Source of the DNA: Marinilabiliales bacterium
GTDB lineage: Bacteria; Bacteroidota; Bacteroidia; Bacteroidales; BM520
Assembly (NCBI GenBank): GCA_002869405.1
Contig: PKSY01000311.1
Span: 1 to 44,060 of the forward strand
DNA length: 44,060 bases
Reading direction: 5' to 3'
The translations under genes were made by a program, and so were the position numbers. The notes beneath the pieces were generated by a model, which did not search any database, was not told the origin of the DNA, and was given only the letters and a program-made list of their open reading frames with translations. This document shows positions 16,797 through 26,332 of this stretch, one piece after another; position 1 is the first letter of the stretch; every line of letters begins with the position of its first letter.

Positions 16797-18086
16797 TTAT
16801 GCTGTTCTTTGTGTATCGAAGTTTTCAAGATATTGTGCTACTCTTTGCAGGAACATTCCTCCGAGAGCTCCATCAACCACGCGGTGGTCGTAAGAGAGCG
16901 ATAGGACACATCTGTGACGAATGGCGATGGTATCACCAAATTCTGTTTCCACAACAACAGGCTTCTTATTTATTACACCAATGCCAAGGATTGCTACCTG
17001 CGGCTGGTTAATAATTGGTGTTCCGGTTGTGGACCCGAATGTGCCGAGGTTGGTAATTGTAAATGTACCACCACTGATTTCATCAGGTTGCAGCTTATTT
17101 TCTCTTGAACGATGGGCAAGATCATTTACTGATGCTGCGAGTCCTGCCAGGTTCATTCTGTCAGCTTGTTTAATTACGGGAACAATAAGGTTACCATTGG
17201 GCAGTGCTGCAGCCATCCCTATATTAACGTCTTTACGAAGGATAATTTTGTCTCCGTTGACAGATGCATTGACACCCGGGAAGTCGCGTAAGGCGCGAGC
17301 TGTAGCTTCAATAAAGATTGGCGTAAACGTAAGTTTTTGCTTTTCACGAGCCATAAATGCCTCTTTATTCTTTTTTCTCCACTGAACAATGGGTTCCATA
17401 TCTACTTCAATGAATGAAGTAACATGTGGGCTTGTCTGAACTGACGCCACCATATGGTCGGCAATCAGTTTTCTCATTCTGTCCATCTGAATTATCTCAT
17501 CACCGTCTTTGAATTCCGGTGCAGGAGTGGCAGGAGGTGTTGTCGTAACTTTGGTTTCCGTAGCAGCAGGTGCTTGAGGCTTTTGCTGACCTCTGGTTTC
17601 CAGATATATAAGAATATCATTCTTGGTAACCCTGTCATCTTTTCCTGTGCCCTGAATTGAAGCGAGTTCAGCACTGTTAATATTTTCCTCTTTTGCAATC
17701 TTTCTTACCAGTGGGCTGTAAAAACGACCGTCATCTGCAGAATTATCTTCAACGGGCGTCTGCGTTTCGGGCGTTTCAGCAACCGATGGTTCAGGAATCT
17801 CCACTTTTGGAATTTCTTTCTGAGGCTCTTCCCCGGCATCATCACCTTCCAGGGCCACAATTGCAATTACTTCACCTACAGGCACTACATCGCCTTCCTT
17901 AAAAAGGATTTTCTCAATAGTTCCATCAATTGGTGACGGAATTTCTGAATCAACTTTGTCAGTTGCCAGTTCAACAATAGGATCTTCTTCAGCGATAACG
18001 TCGCCTTCCTTAACAAGCCATTTTGTAATAGTTGCTTCTATAATGCTTTCCCCCATTTTAGGGATGATAATCTCGTGTTTTGCCAT
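16797..18086 (-). CDS. 2-oxoacid dehydrogenase E2 (dihydrolipoamide acyltransferase)
   Basis: Lipoyl domain ATDKVDSE, E3-binding SPLVRKIAKE...GTGKDDRVTKND, catalytic YDHRVVDG. Confidence 0.95.
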   Translation of the reverse strand: MAKHEIIIPKMGESIIEATITKWLVKEGDVIAEEDPIVELATDKVDSEIPSPIDGTIEKILFKEGDVVPVGEVIAIVALEGDDAGEEPQKEIPKVEIPEPSVAETPETQTPVEDNSADDGRFYSPLVRKIAKEENINSAELASIQGTGKDDRVTKNDILIYLETRGQQKPQAPAATETKVTTTPPATPAPEFKDGDEIIQMDRMRKLIADHMVASVQTSPHVTSFIEVDMEPIVQWRKKNKEAFMAREKQKLTFTPIFIEATARALRDFPGVNASVNGDKIILRKDVNIGMAAALPNGNLIVPVIKQADRMNLAGLAASVNDLAHRSRENKLQPDEISGGTFTITNLGTFGSTTGTPIINQPQVAILGIGVINKKPVVVETEFGDTIAIRHRCVLSLSYDHRVVDGALGGMFLQRVAQYLENFDTQRTA

Positions 18087-18158
18087 TTTGTTTGATCTGA
18101 ATAGCGTTATATCTATTTTGTTTCCAGATAAACAGTAAGAAGTGCATTTTGTTTGGTG

Positions 18159-20120
18159 CTATCGTACTAAATGGCGGATAGCCCTGAGAATGATATTGAT
18201 ATCTTTTCTGAAATGATAATCTTTGGCATAAAGGTAGTTAAGCTGAGTGCGGTCTTCAGCACTAATTTTTGGCAGTGCAAAGAGGTCGGTGGGATTTAAA
18301 ATCCCGGTTTTAATTGTTGGAAGGTGGATGTCCTCGTTACTATCTGATGGACAATAACCTACCCAGCTTTTCAGGCCGAAGACTACAGCAAAAATATTCT
18401 TTAAAAAGCCTGCAGGTCGTCGCATTATAAATACCAAAAAGGGTGAAAACGCCAGAAATATCAGTGAGGAAATAATATCAAGTAATCGCTTGTTTCTCCT
18501 GTTCGCCTGTTTGGAAATTGCATTCACGTCAATTGTATAGAGGTCGCCGCTGGTGTTTATGCTGTTGCTGCCAATAATAGCGGCAGATTCACGTGGAGCA
18601 ATTTTGTAATTAACCTGCAGGTGACCCAGGTCCGACATCAGATCAATGATTTTTACAGAGGAAACATCTTTGGCGCAGAAGATAATCTCTTTGATATCAT
18701 AGATTTGAATAATATCTTTAAGTTGGTCAAGGTTTCCGATAAAGCCATCTTTTCTGCTTCCTTCTGAAGGTGAAACAAAACCCACAAAACCAGGCTTGAG
18801 AGCAGTCTTACTTAATAATGATGCCACTCTTTCAGCTTCTGATTTTGATCCGATAATCACAAATCGTTTGTTCTCATCGTAACCCAGATGATATCTGTCG
18901 GGGCCAAAATAGTGAAGTAAGCCTCTGATGGATGACAATGCTATAATACCCCAAAGTGTACCCATTAGAATCATGGCTCTTGAAAACCTGAAATGTTCCG
19001 GGAGCAATGCATAGGCCACAAGAATAATCACTGTTCCTATCAGAGTACCCTGTACAACCTTGCTGAGTTTTATGGGGCTATCGTAAGCTCCGCTAAGGTA
19101 GAGTGAGATAGTCCAGGTTAACACATATGCCGGAACAGCAAACAGGAGATATTCGGGAGGGTAGGAGCCGCCGTCAGGGAAAATATACAATCGTTCCCAA
19201 TAGAGTTTTATTATGAATATTCCTCCATACATTAATAAAGCATCACAAAACGGGAGGAATAGGTTTTTCGCCAGTCGGCTGGCCAATGCAATGGATGCAC
19301 GCAGCCATATGGCGAAGTTTATAATAAAACTGAACAGCTTTGCTCTTTTAGTGCTAAAATGCTTTTCAGCAAAGATTACCATGGCATTATAGAAAGTGTA
19401 GACATAATTCACGCTACTCTTCTTTGTGCTTTCACCTTTATAATGAATAATCCTTGTATCAGGGAAATAATAGTTATTGTAGCCTGCAAGTTTGATGCGG
19501 TATGAAAGGTCAATATCCTCTCCATACATGAAGAATGTTTCATCCAGGAGTCCTGCTTTATCCAGGGTCTCTTTCCTCATCATCATAAATGCTCCGGAAA
19601 GGACATCAATTTTGTGTGTCTCTTCACGTGAAAGATAGGTGAGGTGATACTGTCCGAACCGTTTTGATTTTGGGAAAAGCCGGGAAAGCCCGGAAAGTTT
19701 ATAAAAAGCAACTTCAGGTGTTGGCAGCCCGCGTTTTGACTCAGGCAAAAATTCGCCTTTGCCGTCAACCATCTTAACACCTAATCCACCGGCATCAGGA
19801 TGCTGATCCATAAAGTCAATACACTTGGAAAAGGTATCCTCCTCCACAACTGTGTCAGGGTTGAGTAAAAGTACATATTCACCCTTTGAAACTCTGATAG
19901 CCTGATTGTTGGCCTTGGAAAATCCGGGGTTGTCATTATTGGCAATAAGATTTACCCACGGAAATTTCTCCTTTACCATACTTACAGAACCATCTACAGA
20001 ATTGTTATCTACAACAAAAACTTCCACTTCAAGGCCTGAAATTGCCTTTTGTACCGATAGCAGGCACTGTTCCAGAAAATGGATTACATTATAATTAACA
20101 ATAATGACTGAAAGTTTCAT
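18159..20120 (-). CDS. GT2-family glycosyltransferase with C-terminal membrane and Rossmann-like regions
   Basis: LSVIIVNYN, VVDNNSVDGS, LLLNPD, SGAFMM, FFMYGEDIDL, HYKGES; then 4-5 TM helices. Confidence 0.92.
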   Translation of the reverse strand: MKLSVIIVNYNVIHFLEQCLLSVQKAISGLEVEVFVVDNNSVDGSVSMVKEKFPWVNLIANNDNPGFSKANNQAIRVSKGEYVLLLNPDTVVEEDTFSKCIDFMDQHPDAGGLGVKMVDGKGEFLPESKRGLPTPEVAFYKLSGLSRLFPKSKRFGQYHLTYLSREETHKIDVLSGAFMMMRKETLDKAGLLDETFFMYGEDIDLSYRIKLAGYNNYYFPDTRIIHYKGESTKKSSVNYVYTFYNAMVIFAEKHFSTKRAKLFSFIINFAIWLRASIALASRLAKNLFLPFCDALLMYGGIFIIKLYWERLYIFPDGGSYPPEYLLFAVPAYVLTWTISLYLSGAYDSPIKLSKVVQGTLIGTVIILVAYALLPEHFRFSRAMILMGTLWGIIALSSIRGLLHYFGPDRYHLGYDENKRFVIIGSKSEAERVASLLSKTALKPGFVGFVSPSEGSRKDGFIGNLDQLKDIIQIYDIKEIIFCAKDVSSVKIIDLMSDLGHLQVNYKIAPRESAAIIGSNSINTSGDLYTIDVNAISKQANRRNKRLLDIISSLIFLAFSPFLVFIMRRPAGFLKNIFAVVFGLKSWVGYCPSDSNEDIHLPTIKTGILNPTDLFALPKISAEDRTQLNYLYAKDYHFRKDINIILRAIRHLVR

Positions 20121-20128
20121 TCCGGCAA

Positions 20129-20767
20129 TTAGTTGTTGTATTTCTGATTAAAGTCAAAACTTATATAAATGGATAAACGGCTGTCATTGCCTTCTATTGC
20201 ATCCGGGCGCCCGCTTTTGCCCGAGCGGTTATCTTCCTGATTATAATAAATGCGATAATTTCCTGCTCTGCTAAGTTTTCCCTGATTATCGAATCCATAG
20301 AAATAGTCAAGAAGAATGCCATCGATGGATTTTATTTTACCCTGCTTTGGCGGACCCTGCATAACATCATGATATGTGATTTCTATATCATTGATATAAT
20401 GAAGCCTTGTTGACTGCGCTTCTCCCGGCATTCTGTCGTAATATTCAAGTTCTGTATCTCCAAAAGATTGTAAAAAACCATCATGATCAAGATTGTTGTA
20501 ATATGAAAACCGGATTCCGTTTATCTCTTCCGGTTTTCCTTCTGTTGCATCCTTATATTCCGACCACCTGAAAGAGTTGCTTCCGTTCATTTCTATGCCG
20601 GGGTTGCCATACTGGTCGATATAAAGAGTCGGTTGATCATCTTCTACAGGAAGCGGATAGATTTTAAGATTCTGACCATTGGGAGAAATTTCAATAGTGA
20701 TTTGTTCCTGCGCATTCAGGAAAAATGCAAAGAAGAAAAAGGAAAACAATAAACAATAATTCTTCAT
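20129..20767 (-). CDS. Secreted hypothetical protein with ~22-aa internal repeats
   Basis: Signal peptide ending LNA-Q; recurring G(K)-xx-I-(N/D/G)-xxx-hydrophobic-x-YY units. Confidence 0.7.
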   Translation of the reverse strand: MKNYCLLFSFFFFAFFLNAQEQITIEISPNGQNLKIYPLPVEDDQPTLYIDQYGNPGIEMNGSNSFRWSEYKDATEGKPEEINGIRFSYYNNLDHDGFLQSFGDTELEYYDRMPGEAQSTRLHYINDIEITYHDVMQGPPKQGKIKSIDGILLDYFYGFDNQGKLSRAGNYRIYYNQEDNRSGKSGRPDAIEGNDSRLSIYISFDFNQKYNN

Positions 20768-20771
20768 ACTG

Positions 20772-22397
20772 TTATTTTATTACATCCCAATTGCCAATAT
20801 GCTCTGATACGACGAATGTTTTTGGTTCTGTTTTAATAAATTCGTTGGCATTATAAGTCCATTCAAGGGTTTCCGAGCCGCCACCAGATTGTGTAGTGAC
20901 TATATACTTTCCTTTTACAGCGCCGAAATATGCGGCCTGGTGCGCAGGGGAGTCTGAGTCACCACCTGAGGGGTCAACAGGGATCCAACCATAATTGGGA
21001 AGGTATATTTCAACCCAACGGTGAAACACGTCGTCGAGTTGAGCAGTTTCCAGCCTTACTGAAACAGCTCCCACGTACCTTGCCGGAATTCCGGCCGCCC
21101 GGCACATGGCGATATATACAAATGAGTATTCAGAGCATGAGCCGTTACCTCTTTCCAGAACCTCCGGGGCTGTATTCCAGCCTCCGGCCATCTCATAATA
21201 CATATGTGTTTGCACATAGCGATAGATCTTTCGTGCCTGATAATAGAGATTCTTCTCATTGCCAATGGCCTCTTTAACAGCACTCTTTATTGTCTTTCCT
21301 GTGAGCTGAAATTTCTCATTATCTGCCAGATACAGATTTTTTACCGTTTCCGGGATATCTTGAAAACCGCCGACCTTCTCAGGATATATAAAATAGTTCA
21401 GATCCCAGGTTTCAGCCCGGACTGTCATAGCTGCATCAAACTGCTCTGAAGCCGCAATATTCTCCCTATTCCAGTGTACAGTATTCTGCCCCCAGTTGTC
21501 AGATACAACATTATAACCTTCAGGTGAAAAAACCGGCGGAGCGACTATTTTTTGATTAATTCTGCTTTCAGGAATTGCGATGTGTACATCAAGGGATGTG
21601 ACATTTCCCGGGCCGAAGTTTGTCGTGCAATGGTTAAAAGTGAGATTTAATTCTCTTTTGTTCGTCAACCGGTATTGTTGGTCGTCTTGAATTTTTAACA
21701 CATAGATGCTGTCGGTCTGTGAGTCTATTGCAAGTAAGTTCTTTCCGTCGAAGGCGATATCTCTGACATATGGAGACGGGGCATCCGTTGTAATGATCAC
21801 CGTGCCGTCTGTTGGGTTAACCATAAATAATTTGTTCGACCCGGAATCAGTAACCCAAAGGTACTTACCGTCAAATGCAATTGCAGAAGATGATCTTGTG
21901 GGTGAAGGGAAGGAGCGAATAGTTGTTCCGTCCGCTGCATTTATCATTACGATTTTTTGCTGGCCGGGAATGATGCTCCATAAATACTCGCCATCGGAAG
22001 CCAGTCCTGTTGCCATGGCGTCAGGGCCGTCAGCGAAATGCAGAATATTTCCTTTGATTGGATCGACCCGATATATTTTCGCATGATAATGCTCTGCCAG
22101 AGGTAAACCTCCTTTAATATCAATATTGTAAATTGAATTCCCATCCCAGGCCAATGCTGAAGGCCAGTAGGCCGGAGAGGATAATGAACGGGAAATGTTC
22201 CCGGTCTCCGGGTTAAGGCAGTATATCAAATCTGTTTTACGGTCACATACCCAGATGTTTGTTCCGTCAAAAGTTATTCCGGTGCAATTCTGCGCCGGTG
22301 CAATAAAGGTTCGAACGACTTCTCCGGGATGTGCAAATATTGTGTTGCTAAATAAAAAGAAAAGAATCGTTACATAAACCGAAATTCTATTTCTCAT
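20772..22397 (-). CDS. Secreted beta-propeller plus transglutaminase-like domain protein
   Basis: Signal peptide; five 'xxxFDGxxLWxxD'-type blades; triad motifs GSCSEYS, FHRWVE, VDPS. Confidence 0.85.
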   Translation of the reverse strand: MRNRISVYVTILFFLFSNTIFAHPGEVVRTFIAPAQNCTGITFDGTNIWVCDRKTDLIYCLNPETGNISRSLSSPAYWPSALAWDGNSIYNIDIKGGLPLAEHYHAKIYRVDPIKGNILHFADGPDAMATGLASDGEYLWSIIPGQQKIVMINAADGTTIRSFPSPTRSSSAIAFDGKYLWVTDSGSNKLFMVNPTDGTVIITTDAPSPYVRDIAFDGKNLLAIDSQTDSIYVLKIQDDQQYRLTNKRELNLTFNHCTTNFGPGNVTSLDVHIAIPESRINQKIVAPPVFSPEGYNVVSDNWGQNTVHWNRENIAASEQFDAAMTVRAETWDLNYFIYPEKVGGFQDIPETVKNLYLADNEKFQLTGKTIKSAVKEAIGNEKNLYYQARKIYRYVQTHMYYEMAGGWNTAPEVLERGNGSCSEYSFVYIAMCRAAGIPARYVGAVSVRLETAQLDDVFHRWVEIYLPNYGWIPVDPSGGDSDSPAHQAAYFGAVKGKYIVTTQSGGGSETLEWTYNANEFIKTEPKTFVVSEHIGNWDVIK

Positions 22398-22404
22398 AGC
22401 CGGA

Positions 22405-23064
22405 CTATTTTTGAGAATATGTAGTAGTCCCGGTTAATATTCCTTCCTTATTATAAGTATGCCAGATGCTGTCTGGTTTTGAGAGCTTAAAAAATCCCTG
22501 TTCATGCAACTCACCACCAATATAGTATTTGTTGTAAATTCCATTGGGTACACCGTTCTTATACTCCTTTTCTTCTACCAGAACACCATCTTCAGAATAG
22601 TTTTTCTGCAGGCCTTCACGTTTTCCATCATGATAAACAACTTCAGACTGAACCTTTCCATTCTTAAAGTAGCTGTAGTATTGCCCTTCACGTCTTCCGT
22701 TTTCATAGCTAATAAGGGTTTTTAACTCACCTGTATTATAAAAGGCTTCGTATTCGCCATGCAGGCTGTCATTTTTGAACTCTGCTGTATTTCTGATTTT
22801 TCTGTTTTCATGATACTTGACCCATTTACCGGTGCGAAGTCCTTTTTTATATTGACCTTCTGAAACGACATTTCCTTTATCATCATAAAATTCATAAAAA
22901 CCGTCTTTTACTTCATTTCCGTCTTCATCGGTAAAGAATTCATACTTTTCTGAAATAACATCTGTACCGGGGTGAAAGACCTCTTTTACTTCCCTTTTTG
23001 GTCCGCAGGAAATCAGTAACACAGTAATAATAGTAATGATACTTAGAAGTTGGATTTTTTTCAT
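22405..23064 (-). CDS. MORN-variant repeat lipoprotein (YwqK-like repeats)
   Basis: Lipobox LISC; repeated Y-x-x-G-x-x-x-G-x-Y/W-x-x-Y-x-x-x-G units. Confidence 0.85.
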   Translation of the reverse strand: MKKIQLLSIITIITVLLISCGPKREVKEVFHPGTDVISEKYEFFTDEDGNEVKDGFYEFYDDKGNVVSEGQYKKGLRTGKWVKYHENRKIRNTAEFKNDSLHGEYEAFYNTGELKTLISYENGRREGQYYSYFKNGKVQSEVVYHDGKREGLQKNYSEDGVLVEEKEYKNGVPNGIYNKYYIGGELHEQGFFKLSKPDSIWHTYNKEGILTGTTTYSQK

Positions 23065-23089
23065 GATCTGATTTTTTTCTTATACCATG

Positions 23090-23097
23090 CAAAGGTA
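23090..23097 (-). promoter_or_regulatory. -7 promoter element (TACCTTTG) heading the MORN-transglutaminase-GT2 run
   Basis: TAnnTTTG on the minus strand, 25 nt upstream of ATG 23064. Confidence 0.6.
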
Positions 23098-23160
23098 AAA
23101 GAAAAATACCGATTCTGATAATAATCTTTCTGCTCCCGGGTGGGAGTTCTGTGTTGTTTG

Positions 23161-23769
23161 TTAGTTGTTGAAAATGAGCTCTGTAAACCTTATAAAAAGA
23201 GCTGGTTTTAGTAATATTGTGAAAATAAACCCAAAAACAGCACCCCAGAAATGCGCATCATGACCGATGTTGTCACCGCCACGTTTTGCCATGTATGCAC
23301 TAAAAACAAGATACAAAATCCCAAAAATAAACGCAGGAATTCCAATAGGTATAAACATGAAATAAATCTTATTCCAGGGGTCAAAAAGAATGCTTGCAAA
23401 GACGATTGCTGAAATGGCTCCGGAAGCTCCAACAGCACTGTAATATGGGTTTTCCTTATTCTTGAAAAAGGATGGACCGGAAGAAATAACTATTCCGCCA
23501 ACATAAAGAACAACATAGTAATATAATCCGGTTGCGCCCCATATAGCTTTAAAATACTGTTCCACGGCGGTACCGAAAGATATCAATACAAGCATATTAA
23601 ATAAAAGGTGTGCTATTCCTCCATGTATTAAGGCATGTGAAAGAAAACGATAATACTGCCTGTCTTTAGCAATAAGGTAGGGCGTAAACTTTAGTTTTTC
23701 AGTGAGGTCGGCACGTTGAAAAGCCAGAATAGACACCAGAATGGTGATTGCAGCAATAATATATGTCAT
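23161..23769 (-). CDS. Rhomboid intramembrane serine protease
   Basis: YR...H...HLLFNM, catalytic GASGA and HDAH. Confidence 0.95.
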   Translation of the reverse strand: MTYIIAAITILVSILAFQRADLTEKLKFTPYLIAKDRQYYRFLSHALIHGGIAHLLFNMLVLISFGTAVEQYFKAIWGATGLYYYVVLYVGGIVISSGPSFFKNKENPYYSAVGASGAISAIVFASILFDPWNKIYFMFIPIGIPAFIFGILYLVFSAYMAKRGGDNIGHDAHFWGAVFGFIFTILLKPALFIRFTELIFNN

Positions 23770-23777
23770 GTCAGAAT

Positions 23778-24596
23778 CTATTTCCCGGTTTGTACTTCTC
23801 CTGATGCATAATCGAATTCTGAACCAAACATGCTATGTGGAATAAGGTATATTGCCAGCAATACAATGCTTGCCAGAATTGGCCAGAATCGGTTCTGAGG
23901 GTCTTTCCTCAGTCGCAGCCATGCAACAACCCAGAAAATAAACGAAATAAGGGTTTTTGTATCTGTAAGGTCTTTGCCAAACGGCCATCCGGTCCAGAAA
24001 TCCCCGAAAGCATAATACTGAACTATGGGGCCAAGGATAAGTCCACCAACTAATAATAATATGGTGGTAATTCCTGCAAGCCGAAGGGTTCTTCTGCGAA
24101 GAAACAAAGCTTCAAAACCGGTTCTTAAACTGAAAACCATTGCCAAAAACATAAAAAGCACATGCGGGATGAGAATGGCTTCCGGCACAGGACCCTTAAA
24201 ACGAATCACGACAGGCTCTTCATTAATTGGTTTTTCCAATCCATTGTTGTCAATGAGAATCAGCCTGTATTCCAGTTTTCCTGCCGCAGGTTGAGCAGGG
24301 AGTTCGGCAACCAGTGCATCTTCCTTATGATGCATTCTATATTTAGTCCATGCATCATCACTTTTAAAACGACGGAATTCATAATACCCTTTAAGGATTT
24401 TGTTCGTATCAGGTACTGATATAACAGCATCCTTATCATTATCAGCACTTGTCAGAAGTTTTACGGATAAAGGCATACCATCGATGGTTATCTCAGCTTT
24501 TACAGGATATGTTGGGCCTGTTGTGCGCTGATATACGGCGATAATACCCATTAAAAGAACTGAAATTACCCAGAGTAAAAATGATTTCCACTTCAT
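23778..24596 (-). CDS. Conserved hypothetical membrane protein
   Basis: N-terminal TM, a soluble ~110-aa beta-rich region, then four TM helices with 'GDFWTGWPFGKDLTDTKT'. Confidence 0.75.
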   Translation of the reverse strand: MKWKSFLLWVISVLLMGIIAVYQRTTGPTYPVKAEITIDGMPLSVKLLTSADNDKDAVISVPDTNKILKGYYEFRRFKSDDAWTKYRMHHKEDALVAELPAQPAAGKLEYRLILIDNNGLEKPINEEPVVIRFKGPVPEAILIPHVLFMFLAMVFSLRTGFEALFLRRRTLRLAGITTILLLVGGLILGPIVQYYAFGDFWTGWPFGKDLTDTKTLISFIFWVVAWLRLRKDPQNRFWPILASIVLLAIYLIPHSMFGSEFDYASGEVQTGK

Positions 24597-24738
24597 AATT
24601 TTGTCGTTTGTTGAATTAACCGTAAAAATATGGAAAGGTTCGAATCAAATCAATGTTTAAAAGGAATTATTGCAATTTTATGGTATTTTTACAGTTTATA
24701 TCATTGAACACATTAGGTTAACGCTAACAAGAATATTC

Positions 24739-26247
24739 GTGGATTATCAGCGCACACATCATCACGCCTCTCTGTTTATCTTAATTATAATGTTTTTGCC
24801 TGCAGCACTTTTAGGGCAGGAGAGGTTCGGGCTTACCACCGGAAATTATTCAGGGATTACAGGAGCCAGACTAAATCCTTCCTCGATAGTTAATTATCAG
24901 CAATATCTTGATATTCAGGTAGCTGCCGGAGGGGTGTTTTTGGAGAATAACTACCTGTATATCGGTGCACAGGAATACAGGGCAAGGGATATATTTTCAC
25001 TAAGTCCTCAATTCCCAACATACACTGAAGAGCATCCGAATCTGGGGTATTCTGTAGAGCTGGGAGCTTTTAATCACTACCAGAATGGTGGCGATAAGGA
25101 TTTAAACCTTGATATTTGGGCTGGTGGTCCGGGTTTTCTTCTGGTTTCTGGTGATTATGCCTATGGAATAAGCATAAATGCCCGAACCGCTGTTTCCCTG
25201 CATAAGGTTCCTGAGAGTGTTGCCAATTTTGCGTATATAGGACTCGGTTATGTTCCGCAACACAATATAGATTATTATGAGGATGGCTTTTCTGCTGCCG
25301 GTATGGCATGGATGGAAACAGCTTTTTCGGTAGCAAAGATTTTTGAAGACAGATATTATACCCGTATCTCAGGTGGAATAACATTAAAGTATCTTTCAGG
25401 AGCATCAGGCTTTTATTTGTATGGTAATGCGTTGGATTATAATATGCTGAATCGCTCCGACCTGGATATTCTTAATCTTAATGCCACTACGGGTATGAGT
25501 CTTCCTCTTGGTTATAGCGATAACTCTTTCCCCGATGGAGGAAGTTTTTTCAAGGGCAGGGGAGTGGCTTTTGATGTCGGTTTTACGCTGCTGCAGAAAG
25601 ATAAAAACTATTATCGTCGTGATTATGACCGGCTTTGCCAACAGCATTATACAACCTATGTTTATCGTTTGGGAATCAGCTTGCTTGATGTCGGTTTTGT
25701 CTCCTTTTCCGATAACGCCATGGCTCATATTTATGAGGATGGCAGTCATTATTGGCCAAATATTAATGCATATCAGTATGAGGATATGAATTTCCTGATG
25801 AGTGACCTTAGTGATCGATTTTTTCGCGATCCCGGGGCAACCTACAATGGCGATAGGGTGACTGTCTTAACACCTGCAGCAATAAGCCTCCAGGGAGATT
25901 ATTCATTTGAAAATTATCTGTTTTTAAATGGAACCTGGATTCATCCGGTGGTTATTCGTCAAAGCGCCATCCGAAGACCTGCTCAGGTAGCGTTAGTGCC
26001 CCGCTACGAGCGGAAGCACTTTGAAGTGGCAATGCCGTTGAGTTTGTATCAGTACAAATATCCCCGGCTAGGGTTGAGTATCCGTGCTTATGCGTTAACC
26101 ATTGGTACGGAAAAGCTGGGTGCTTTTACCGGCCTTACCGACTTTTCCGGCATGGATATCTACTTTTCACTGAAATTCTCCTTTGATAAGGGCGACTGTC
26201 CCGGTGGCGGAAGAAAATACGGTTGTGATAATGTGCAATTCCAATAG
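24739..26247 (+). CDS. Outer-membrane beta-barrel protein, DUF5723-like
   Basis: Signal peptide ending LLG-Q (GTG start 24739 assumed); GNYSG...LNPSSI, GITLKYLSG, GRGVAFDVG, LGISLLDVG motifs; alternating beta-strand pattern. Confidence 0.7.
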   Translation: MDYQRTHHHASLFILIIMFLPAALLGQERFGLTTGNYSGITGARLNPSSIVNYQQYLDIQVAAGGVFLENNYLYIGAQEYRARDIFSLSPQFPTYTEEHPNLGYSVELGAFNHYQNGGDKDLNLDIWAGGPGFLLVSGDYAYGISINARTAVSLHKVPESVANFAYIGLGYVPQHNIDYYEDGFSAAGMAWMETAFSVAKIFEDRYYTRISGGITLKYLSGASGFYLYGNALDYNMLNRSDLDILNLNATTGMSLPLGYSDNSFPDGGSFFKGRGVAFDVGFTLLQKDKNYYRRDYDRLCQQHYTTYVYRLGISLLDVGFVSFSDNAMAHIYEDGSHYWPNINAYQYEDMNFLMSDLSDRFFRDPGATYNGDRVTVLTPAAISLQGDYSFENYLFLNGTWIHPVVIRQSAIRRPAQVALVPRYERKHFEVAMPLSLYQYKYPRLGLSIRAYALTIGTEKLGAFTGLTDFSGMDIYFSLKFSFDKGDCPGGGRKYGCDNVQFQ

Positions 26248-26332
26248 TGAATAATTTCGTGATAATTTTATGCGTTATATTTTCAAGAAGTCGTGTTTTT
26301 AGCTATATTTACGGCGCTTTGACGAAAGAATT

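Noticed and set aside
16797-18086. Stand-alone E2 without E1/E3 as a novelty, or a specific sucB/pdhC symbol
   Set aside because: Dispersed 2-oxoacid dehydrogenase genes are common in Bacteroidota, and substrate specificity cannot be assigned by eye.
22405-23064. Toxin-antitoxin (YwqK antitoxin) interpretation
   Set aside because: Only generic MORN-variant repeats on a lipoprotein, and no toxin gene is adjacent.
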